A stretch of 63,442 nucleotides of DNA, the filler included, from Choristocarpus tenellus KU-1152 (Eukaryota; Protista; Phaeophyceae), in assembly GCA_964200185.2 (NCBI GenBank). It is 3 parts of 3 records of this genome, joined end to end, with 100 filler letters (N's around TTAATTAATTAA, not from the genome) between each part and the next. Parts side by side here need not be neighbours in the genome. Positions count along the whole stretch, not along the records: positions 11,595 to 40,093 come from CAXNAD020000123.1; 2 more parts are not named here. One strand, written 5' to 3'. The position numbers and the translations under genes are program-made. Under the pieces are notes generated by a model. The model searched no databases. It saw nothing but the letters and a program-made list of their open reading frames with translations, and was not told the DNA's origin. Shown piece after piece: positions 26,181 through 37,100 of this stretch. Every line of letters starts with the position of its first letter. The stretch's first letter is position 1.

Positions 26181-29100
26181 ATGGACTGGAAAGTAGCCTT
26201 AGTCGGTGATAGTGTCTTGGATAACCACTACTGGCTAGACAATCCTGCAGATGATGTGCAGGCGCAATTACAGCGAACGCTCTCGGGGATGAACCAGAAT
26301 ATCTCTGGTACTGGGGTTCAAACATGGAACTTTGCAGTTGATGAGAGTACAGTCTCATGTGTCCTTCATGGGAAACGCCCAGCTCGCCATTACAAAAATT
26401 CCCGGATTCGTTTTGGGATGGAGCCTTACCCAGTAGATGCTGACGGTGTCCAACGGCCTTTAAAACTTTTGCGCAGTGCCAAGCCCTCACACGTGGTGAG
26501 AAATATTTCGTTACTACTGTAGACTTACGTGCCCTGTGTTGTTTCAACAGAGGGACCATTTAGCTGTGAGTGTGCACATCCTGTCAGGGATAATAAGCAA
26601 ACATTGGGAGGCAGACTGCAGGTATGAATGGGCGTACGATCCATGAATTCAGAGAAATGTCACGTCAACACCCAGTCAGCGTACTTCATGCCTCTTGTGT
26701 CACAGGAGCATTGATATCGTTTGCATTCCGCGTTTCCATCATTCTGTGACCTTGTTAGACATTGCATTGGTGCCAAGTATGGGATTTTGAATTTTTAGGG
26801 GTACCTTTGATGCAAAGAACCCTGACATTTTTTCTTATTACCACTGTTTTTCTTGTACTCGGTTGCCTCATTGGTCGTATCGTGCAGGTGCTGAGCATTG
26901 GCGGCAACGACGCTCGTGTTAGATTCCTTCAATCACGCGACCCACGCAAGATCGCCAATTTGATGGTATCCGACGGCATCATCTCTAACCTTCACCGACT
27001 CATCGAGATAATCCAAACCGAAGTCACACCGAACATCATCCTTGTGTATGTGTGAGTATGCGTAGAGACGAAGTTCACTGTTAAGAATGGTTTCGAAAGG
27101 GTGGATATCAATGTTTCTTCTACCCTCCTCCTCTTCAGGGTTCAAATTTGGTGTTTGAAATAGCATGCGGGTGACCAATCCCCATCGCTGTGACCTAACC
27201 ACAGGTACAATAACCCTATGCTTTCAAAGGTTGTTGACAAGTCGCTTAGTAGGGACCTTGTGCACTGCGTTGTAGATCCCCACAACTGACCAAAGCACAT
27301 CAACACATTGATGCACATCAAGGCACACATTCACAACCACTAATGGCATGCATGCTTTGTGAGAGTTAGAAAGGGTGTGACAGAAAGAGGATCGCCTTGC
27401 CTAACATGTTAGATGACGGAAGATATCGTTACGTTGGATGGATTGTGGTCGTCAGTTGCTTCTTGTGATGCCCAATGTGGACAGGCGTCTTTTTTCTGTG
27501 AGTAATGGTGGATGGAGACCAACTGATACCTATTATGTGGTCCTATTTTGAGATTTCTAAACAATTGACATATCACTGAAACACCATACACACAAAAACG
27601 AGGAAAACCTCTGTACTGATATAATATTGAAGTACAGCACATCGGCACACTTCCTTTTCCTCACCTATAATGTATAGTTGGTGGTCTAAGGTAGATGTAA
27701 ACAGCTCATTGATGATCTTTTCCCCTCGGTCCTTCTTTCTGCTCTACTCAGCCCTGTCTCTTGTCTGCCACGCCCCTTTTTTGTGCAATACCTAGGTATA
27801 TGCCGCAATACAAGGCATGCCCGATCCTCAGTCTTCTTCCCCCTGCCAGCATCCTTCATGCCCTCCTAGTGAACTTCTCCAAGTTCTACATAGAGGTGAT
27901 CATATGAAGGTTGGGTTGTGCTGTTCTGAGTTCTTCTCTTTGACCGTCTATACACACATATATTGTATTGACCGCCCATCAAATTCGGGTGGTTGGGCAA
28001 CCCAAATATAACGATCAAATCAACATTACGTAAGAGTATTGTGCAATACTGCCTCTCTCCGGCATGGCACAGACTAATTTCTTGTTTCTGTGGCAGAAGT
28101 CCAAACACCGTTCACACTGTCAATAGTGTTCCAGGCAGGAAATGAGGAATGGAGGTGTAATGATGGTTGTGCAGAGTGGTGATGAGGGCGTGGTATGGTA
28201 CCTGTTCTATGACAAAATGCAGGATGCAGCACATCCTTTTGACTTGGTATCAACCAGAGTTTACTTCAACTAGGCTAGGTGCTTCATTGAGCTCCACTTT
28301 TTGTTGTGCATTGTTTAGCCACCTTCCAGTAGGATGGAATCTGCCGTGCTGTGGAGGCCTTGTCAAACGTACTTTTACTTTGCCCACCTCAACTTCTCTC
28401 CTGCCTCTCGCTGGGTCTTTGGTATAATCAAGGCTGCCAACAAATACGGCCTTCCCTTGGTGGATCTCTCTCGAACGTTTGATCCTAATGACCGAAGCCA
28501 CTATGGATCTACACCAATTGAGCCCTCCAACAAATCTGGGCAGTTCATTGTCGACCTCGTGATTAAGGTGTGCTCCCCTCCACCCCGACCCTTAGGGTGT
28601 ATGTAGAGGAATCACAATGTCAAGCGATATCACCTTTCTGACGTATGGGCTCAGTAGACTTGATGTTTTGGTCTTTCTGTGTTGATGCAAGGGTCCAGTA
28701 GTTGGTTAATCATGTGCATGTTGTAATGTTTAAAGCTCCATGGGAGGATGGGCTTAGTGTATGATCAGGGGAAGATTGGTCTTTTTATTTCCCTCTTGGA
28801 GTAACACCTCCCTTCTGTAATGCACTCAGAATAGGAAGGGTGGGGCATGATATATTTGGAGCAAACATTTTTTCCTTACGAAAGTTTGCCATTTACACTC
28901 TTGGTGTCACATGCACCCTCATTGCAATGCTCTACAACTACTTGGAAGAGGTTGACGTATAACAATACTACATTGCACTAAATACCCTGTTTTGTTGCAT
29001 TTTCGTATTTTGAAAAGTACAACTGTAAAGCTGAACACAATTGATTCTAGTGGAGAAATAGAAGCTCAGGACTACTGCAAAGCAGTGGAAGAGCACACTC

Positions 29101-29376
29101 TTCTGCTACCAAAGGTTAATGATGCCGAATCTCTCATGGTGATAAAGCTTCTAAAAGGTCTCCTTTTCCTCTGTTGCATACCTACCACTGTGTTGAAAGG
29201 TGCTGAAAGAATTTAAATTTGGCCAGGAATCAGGCGCTAAAGTGTATTCTGGCACGGGCGAAAATATTGTTGTGCAGGATGCCAGCCCTGGGTTATCTTT
29301 TGACTATGAGACTGAACTCAACATGTTCTTGGACCAAATGGCCTCAAAGAAGGGGCATGGGTGCAGCATTGCTTGA
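26181..29376 (+). CDS. SGNH/GDSL-like hydrolase with C-terminal CaaX box, ~296 aa
   Basis: Exons 26181-26495, 26888-27051, 27796-27895, 28433-28567, 29200-29376. Block I VALVGDSVLDN, block III VLSIGGNDA, block V region STPIEPSNKSG; ends MASKKGHGCSIA*. The last exon is not in the ORF track but is open and frame-consistent. Confidence 0.85.
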
Positions 29377-30987
29377 TCCATGCCTTGGGTGTTGTCGGGA
29401 ATGGTCTCTGGTTCTTGCTTATATTTCGACTCATTTGATTGTGGGTGGTCTGGCACTAGTTGGTGGGCGACTGATCGGTTAATGAATATGTGGACACATG
29501 TCAAACCTGTTTTTCTGCTGGTTTCACCCTTCTCCCACCAACTCCCTTACTCAACCGACATGCTGCCTGTCCTGTGCTGGCGTGCTTTTGTTCCTTCCCT
29601 TCGAGGGAGGTTCTTTCTGTGTTGCATTGATTGATGTTGCTTACGTTTCACCAGTGGAATCACGATGTTATTCATTTTGCTTGTAGTGGGTATACTGAGG
29701 ATTTCTCTTAGGCTAATTTGATGGTTGGTGCCTTTTTATGCCTCTTGGTTTAATGCTCTGGAGTTTGGTTCTATGTGATGTAATCTTGGGATTGGACAGC
29801 AGGTGCTCCACTCTCAGCAGATGCCACTCAATTAGGTCACCCCATTCTGCATAGGAGAAAATTCCCACTTCCAGGAGAGGTGGAAGCTTCTTAGCAAATA
29901 TCAACAATCCTTAGTCACACCTTGATTACATTCTGTCAGTAAAGCCCAGCCTCTGACCCCTCAACTGCCTCGTCCCGAGGTCAGGTGGGCAGAAATGCCC
30001 ACATTGACCTTTGCTTGGCAATCCAATATATCAAATGTTAAACTACATAGTACATGCACCTGAATCCCCATTGGTGACTCCATGCAGATCTGGATGGGAG
30101 TCCACTGAATTCAGTGTAGTTGTGTATCATGTCAACTTCTAACCAACAGTTAAAAGTTGGGAAACAATGTAAGAATGAAACTACCAGCAGAGTACAGTCC
30201 ACAAGAGTTCTCTACTTCAGCAGGTGTGGAGTATGTGTGTGTGAGGAATCTGTCAAAGAGCACGGTAAGATACGGCCAACTCTGATAACCCCCACTAACA
30301 CATGAACTGGACGGACCGTCTCAACAGCTACTGCATACATTTGATGTGTACACCTTGTGCATAGCCTACACCATGCCTTTGTTCTTGCTTGTACCCAACA
30401 CCTGTATCAATCTACTATAAGCCTATGGCGTGATCATTGACTGCACATGGGGTAGAGGTCAACTTCAAGCAGACGAAGAGTGCTACTTCTACCACCAGGT
30501 ATCCAAACAAAATCGACCAAGTGGTGTAATTTCTATAGCAAGATGTTTTTTGGTCCAATTCCACATTCAGAATCTACCCAACCACCCCCTGAGTTATTTG
30601 CAGCACCTTCACCTCTCACACTGCCATTCACACCTCTGCCTCATCCCTGACTCCAACCCGTGGACAAGGGCAAGCATGCTGCAAATGAACTTGCCAGATC
30701 CCATCAACTTGGGTGCCAGATTAGTGGTGGGGCACCTATTGACCAGTTAATGAGTCTTGCAAAGACACCCCTGACCTTCCAATAAAATATCTACTGTGGT
30801 ACATAAGAAGAGTCTCCCTACCCTCTTCCTGAGACACAGATGTAGGAGACATGACTGCACTGTTATAGGGTACAAAGGCTATCTCAAGCGAAGACTGCAC
30901 TGCCTGATCTTAATCAGCATTTTTGTAACTCCTAGCTGGTTACCCACTCCACCTTACACTCAAGGCGCCATTTACATAAGGGGAGTG

Positions 30988-32509
30988 TCACATCGCCATT
31001 GGGGCAGAGGTCGAGGGAGCAATTTTTTGGGCCAGGTCCTGCTGATAAGCTTCTTTAGCCTCCCGCTCCAGAACAGGGTCGACCTTTCCAGAAACAGGGT
31101 CGGTCCCTAGTGGCCTCTTGAAGAGGAGGATGTGCGGCTCAGGTCTGAGGAAGCAATAAATGATGGAAAGGGAAAAGGAGGGATCAAATAAAGACTCATC
31201 AGCCCCGAGCACCACAAGCACATAGAGTTGCATTGTGGCACATACAGGATGATAGAGATAACAAATGTCTTGGTAAACATTAAAGTGAAATGACTATAAA
31301 TTTGAAAGAGTAGCAAAAGAGAAGACACTAGATACCTAGAGTCTAGTCGAATACCACTATTTGATTCCCAAACTAGCATAGAATGATATAGGAGTGCTGG
31401 AGGTCCCAGAAATGAAAGCGTGGTATCAGCATTAAGTTGGGTTGGCTGTAGAGATTCTCACATAGACCTATTTGCAGATTGGTATTGATTAAAAATGGTG
31501 ATGATTCTTGAGCAGAATTATTCAAAACAATAGATGAAGGAAGAGCTGAAGCATGTCTGGTGCAAATCACTATCTGATGATGTCACACTACGAACACAAG
31601 AGACTAACTTGATTTGATCCACAATGAAGGATCCTTATTTTCCAGAATGGTGGACATTAAATTCAGTGGGTGTAGCTGATGGCTGCCCCATCGGATTGTT
31701 GAGGTGCATGAAAATAGTGTCCACCAGTTGCTAAATCGAAGTACACCCAAATATTAAGGCATGCTCTGCACGTGGAGGCCGGGGATAGGATTGACCCAGA
31801 AAAACCACTAGTAAGGAGGCACTTGCCACAGGCACAGTCGAGTCGGTTCAGCATTAACTACAGTACAAATGCTTACCCAGAGGATATCTACATTATCTGT
31901 TTTGAATTATAAAAGGCCACCAACAAGTCCTCCTGAAGTCACTAGGACAGATTATCTCAAGCTCCAATACCCTGAGATAATCCACATGGGCGCACTTGCA
32001 CATGCCTGTCAAGTTTGACAGCCGTTTTAATCTTTGCCTGGGTATGGAATCAGGAAACGCACTGTGAAGCTATTAAAATTGATGAAAGGAGACGCACCTG
32101 TGGATGGCGTAGTGTACCCAACCTCGGCTTTGCTGCACCCCCAGCCCTCGCCACTCTTGCTCACTCAAGACACGCGACTTGGGGAGCCCTCGTGCCAACT
32201 CCTTAGGCAGTATAACGTGCCTGCACACCATAGATATAAGTTCATCATTGAATGGTTCAGGTTTGGAATATGTAAGGGAGCACAAGTCGACGTTGCCAAG
32301 GACGCGAAAAAATTAGGTTTAAACGATAAGTGGCGGTTTGCAACCCCTAAGAAGGAGGGCAAGAAATAGACTATGCTAAAAAAATTAGAAATTTTTGGCA
32401 TCCCCAGTAGTAACTACTAATCTCCCCGCTTTATCTCTTCAGTCTCAACCAACCTGTACTCAAAGCTGTCATCCTGATACTTCTCCGAATACTCAATCCG
32501 GGAAGCCAT
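30988..32509 (-). CDS. CKS1: Cyclin-dependent kinase regulatory subunit CKS1, ~111 aa
   Basis: Exons 32509-32454, 32220-32098, 31144-30988: [25 protein letters not shown]...[32 protein letters not shown]. Confidence 0.97.
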
Positions 32510-33039
32510 CCTGTTCACTCGTCGTCAGGGTCAGCGAGATACTTATACAGACCTTTATCCAGAATACACTGCAAGTTATGTCGAGATAATTGGATTGTTA
32601 AAAGGATCTTGATAACATCACAAGACCAACAATGTCTAATTGAGATGGAAAGGGGGTAAGATTTACAAAAGAACGAGTGGGAAGCAAAGAAGGAGGGCAC
32701 GAGAGTGGGAGCAAAGGCAAATATAACCAGGGTAAATGGAATAACGTGTCCAACATTTTACCTGAACATTACTTCAGTTGACTTTGTTCGCACCGAGACC
32801 TTACCTTGATGAGGAGTGTCACACCAACGTCTTGTACCCTCAAGACGGTGAGAAAGGTTTTTGAGCAAAACAAAACGAGAAACATTACAGAAATAATTAT
32901 ACCGCAAGGCCTTTATTTGTACCGTGTGATATAGCCTTGATACCGTACGTTTTTAATTGTACCATGGCCCCATTAGCCACACACGTAAAGGGAGGGAAAG
33001 CGGAGTGGAGGAACAGGAGTACACCAAAGAACCACACGG

Positions 33040-33712
33040 CCGATGCCTGGATCTTTACCCCTTGTTTTTAGCTAAAGGAATTCTGTGGCTGGAGAGAGAG
33101 GATCACTTCTCCAAGAGTGTGACTTGTCAATCTTGTTACCATCCCTGTTGGATACCCTGTCCGGCACTTGGTGTAGGTGCCTTCAGAAGAAGCGAGGTGC
33201 ACAGAGCGTGTGGCAGCAAGCCTCCTCCAATACGACACTATGGTAAGCCCTGATGAACACTTACTGATCCTGGTCCTGTCCCCGTTTTTTTTCATCATCC
33301 GGGCGAGCGGGTTCGATATCGAACACGCTTGCTTGTGGGGCTCTGATGCCCACCCCAGCCTCAAAAATGGCGTCAAGGGGCAGGACCGAACGGACGATGC
33401 ACCTCCCTGTGCACGCTATCTTCTTTTGTTGCACCGTGTTATGCCCTCGAAATGTCCGCTCGACCATGTCCCCTCGGTTATTCGCGTACGATTGCGGAAC
33501 GACCAACCCCCAACAAGCAGCTGCTGTACCACCCTACACCCCGGATCCACACAAAATGCGAGCGACACCTGCCACGGCGATAAGGAGAGAGGGCCTGGCG
33601 AGCTTAGTGACCTTTCTTGGGGACGCGGAGCGCCAGCGGCGAGGCAAAGTCTCTCAAAAAGAGGGGTGGGAACCCGTTTCCCCCAACCTTTCGTGTCTAC
33701 ACACTCCTCCTA
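33040..33712 (+). mobile_element. Decayed RLE-type non-LTR retroelement 3' fragment (different family from 1-938)
   Basis: Read across frames: knuckle-like CQSC...CPALGVG...H, then FDI...DAHPSLKN...DRT...PCARYL, then Y.P..HK...TFLGDA. CpG-rich relative to its flanks. Confidence 0.45.
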
Positions 33713-34157
33713 GATCGGGGCCTTAGAGCCCCGAATATTTTTTTAGTAATCTTACTTTATCAGGCGCCTCACTTGAGGACCCCACGGACTGTAATAAGTC
33801 ATTTACACCATATCTGATAGATAACTATAGATAATTAGAGTTCTAGATTATAGTGTTTGCCATGTTCATTGGTGGTCTCATTTATTGTGTGACCCACGCC
33901 GACAACGGGCAATTGCCGCTTCCCGCCTCTCTCCCATTTTGACATTCATGCGCATGCTGCAATATTTGATTAATTAAAGTGGAAGGGGTTGGAATCTTCT
34001 GTGATTTCTATCGCCGTTCCACTTCGCCTGTGTGGTAGCCCGTTTTGAGACCTTCACGCTCACAGCTGCTGCCCGCGCGACCTACCGTATACCCCCCCCT
34101 TGCCCCTTCCTCGGCATACACCTTCCATCTGCTGTACCCTATTACTCAATCGGGTGC

Positions 34158-37100
34158 ATGCAGGCGGGTCGTGGAAGAGGCATGGTTTTACCTGCATGGA
34201 TGACACAGGGTAAGGCTCAGCCAATTGCGGGAGGCCTGGGTTCTGATAAAGTAGGCATGGTTGGTGTTCCGCCACAGGAACGTGCGCCAGGCGGCCTTCA
34301 AGACGCTGCCCTGTCAAGGCCAGCATTTGCATCATTGCCCATGCCGACTGGAGGTCCTGCCAGGGGTCCCCCAGCCCGGGGTCCACCAGGCCAACCCCCC
34401 CACCAGCAAGGCCTTCCAGGTCAAGTTCAACCAAACCAAGGCCCACCGAACCAAGGTCCACCTAACCAAGGCCCACCTAACCAAGGCCCACCTAACCAAG
34501 GCCCACCCAACCAGGGCCCACCTAACCAGGGCCCACCCAACCAAGGCCCACCCAACCAGGGCCCACCCAACCAAGGCCCACCCAACCAAGGGCTCCCAAA
34601 TCATGGCCAAGGCCCACCCAACCAGGGCCAAGGCCCACCCAACCAGGGCCAAGGCCCACCCAACCAGGGTCAAGGCCCACCCAACCAGGGTCAAGGCCCA
34701 CCCAACCAGGGTCAAGGCCCACCTAACCAGGGTCAAGGCCTACAGAATCAAGGCCAACCCAACCAAAATCAGTCTGGTCAGGTTCCCCCGACTGCGGCCC
34801 GTACAACTTACAGCGCTCCGCCCACGGCACGCCCCCCCCCTGCATTACTGCACCCACCCCCTGGAGGTCATAATCCATTTAGCATGCCACCCCAGCAGCA
34901 GCAACAGCAACACCAGCCTCAGCTCCACCAACACCAGCATCAACATCACCCACACATCTATAACCAAGGACCTCGACCAGGGATGGCTGTCCCACGGCCT
35001 ATGATGGGGGCACCACCGATGATGCACCAGTATGGCAGGCCACCCATGATGGGACCTGGTGGGGTACCACCGAGGATGGTCCCCCCTCCTATGGCTCCAC
35101 CTTCACATGGCTGGAGTGAACACCGTGCTCCTGATGGTCGTCCCTACTTTTACAACTCCCAGACCCGAGTGAGCACCTATGACAGACCTGCAGAGCTCAA
35201 GAGTCCTCAAGAGAAGGCAGCAGCATTGGCTGCAGCACAGGCCAAGGCTGCACCTGTGATTGCAGCTGCAGCAACCACAGCAGCTGCTGTTGCAGCTGCA
35301 GCAGCTGTGACCTCAGGACCACCAAGTGCTAGGCCTGTTGGACCAGTGGGGGGTGTGGTGGCAGCACAAGCTGCACCATCAATGACCGGGGCCACTGTCT
35401 CACAGTCAGCAGCAGCAGCACCATCAGTAGTAACTCCCACCACGTCCTCGAGCTCTCCAACAGCTCAGCCAGCTGCTGTACTCAAACCAGCAGTGGCCCC
35501 TCCGGTTGCACCCCCGGTGGCCCCAGTCATCCCTGTGATTCCCAAATGCAAATGGAAGTCGTATGATGGACCTGGGGGTCGAAAATACTACAGTGATGGA
35601 AAGTCATCCCTGTGGGAGAAACCTCAGGAGCTCAAGGACTACGAGGCTGCTGTGGCTGTGGCAGCTGCTGCCAAGTCAGCAGCTGATGGGTTGTCGCCAC
35701 CTGCTGCTCCTGTAGCTCCTGCGGCAGCATCCCCTATTGCAGTGGCTAATGTTGGGACATTCCCTGTTGTCCCCGCTGCAGCCTCTGCAGCCTCAGCTGC
35801 TGCTGCAGCAGCAGCTGCTGCTCCTGCTGTGAAAGCTGAACCCGTTGTGGAACTGGTTGGCTTCGGTGGTTCCAATGGGGTTGTAGGGCATCAGACACAG
35901 GCATCACCAGAGCCAACAGCATCTGCACCAGTGAAGCAGGCGAAGGTGGAGTCATTTGTAGAAGAAAAGGAGGATGTTGTGTCTACCAGCAGTAAAGGCA
36001 AGGGAGGAAAGAACAAGGGAAAGGATATAATGGATGTGTCTATGTACAAGACTCAGGAGGAGAAGAAGACAGCGTTCACAGATATGCTCAAGGAGTATGA
36101 GGTTACCAGTACCACTAAGGTGTGCCAGTCAAACTTACAATTGAGGGTTCACATAGCAGTTGGGGTTGGGACCAGAGCTTGGTTTACGTTGGTTCCAGCA
36201 GGGATGAAGGCTGAATTATGATATTGTTTTGCGTTGGGGCAAGGGCAGGTACTATATGCCTTAGGATATGCCTTAGGAACTTTTGTGATCAAGGTGTGCA
36301 ACAGATGTATGCCGGGACACCCTTATGTTGTGTACTGCTTAAAATTTGTCAGTAAATTTGTGAAATGAGGCAGAGAATAGGCACCAGTTGGAGATAAAGG
36401 TAGTTGTGAGAAGTGAGGAATGACGTTAAGCCCCATCAATTCAATCCAGGAGAAAGGACAGATTGCTCCTAAGTGAACTGTTTTTCGTTTTTCGATTTCC
36501 GTCAACATGAACATGAAAACTTCTAGTACATGTCGAACCTCTGTTGGACATATTTTAAGTCAGTGTGGATTGATACCCTTTTACCAAGTTACATATTCCT
36601 CAACAATCGCCACTGGATGACTTGGTACCAGGCAAAGACAGTTGTGACAGTGTTTCCTCTTGCTTGACTTTATCTAAATGTAACTTGTGTCTTTCCCCAT
36701 CTCACATAACTTGTGCATGAAAGTGGCCAGAGACAGAGCGATATTGCAAGTTAGACCCCAGATGGGACCTTTTAAAGAAGGGCATGAGGCGCCAGACCTG
36801 GACAGAGTATCAAAATAGGAGGTGAGGACTTTGCTGCAACAATGGTTATGACCCAGGGGAGGTGGAGTTCAAAATATTGCTTCTGTTGCTTTAATACTAG
36901 TGTTTTGTTAAGAGAGTGCAGGGCCTTTCTCAAAGGCCAGAAATCCTGTTCTTTGCTGTAAGGTCTCTTGCTTTGTGTAGGAGGTAGGAAAATGAATGTT
37001 TGATTGCTGATGCATATTATGACTATCTAATTTGTTTTGTCAGCAGCTGGTCTACATTCAACGTAGTGGTTGTCAGGTCCATTATGCCGCGTGTTCTTGT

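Noticed and set aside
30988-31110. C-terminal extension of CKS1 ([11 protein letters not shown]...)
   Set aside because: Variable C-terminal tails are common in protist CKS proteins; not judged novel.
34060-35955. Long antisense and alternate-frame ORFs over PRP40 exon 1 (e.g. ALVGW, TKAHP repeats)
   Set aside because: Shadow ORFs generated by the stop-free tandem repeats and GC-rich codons.
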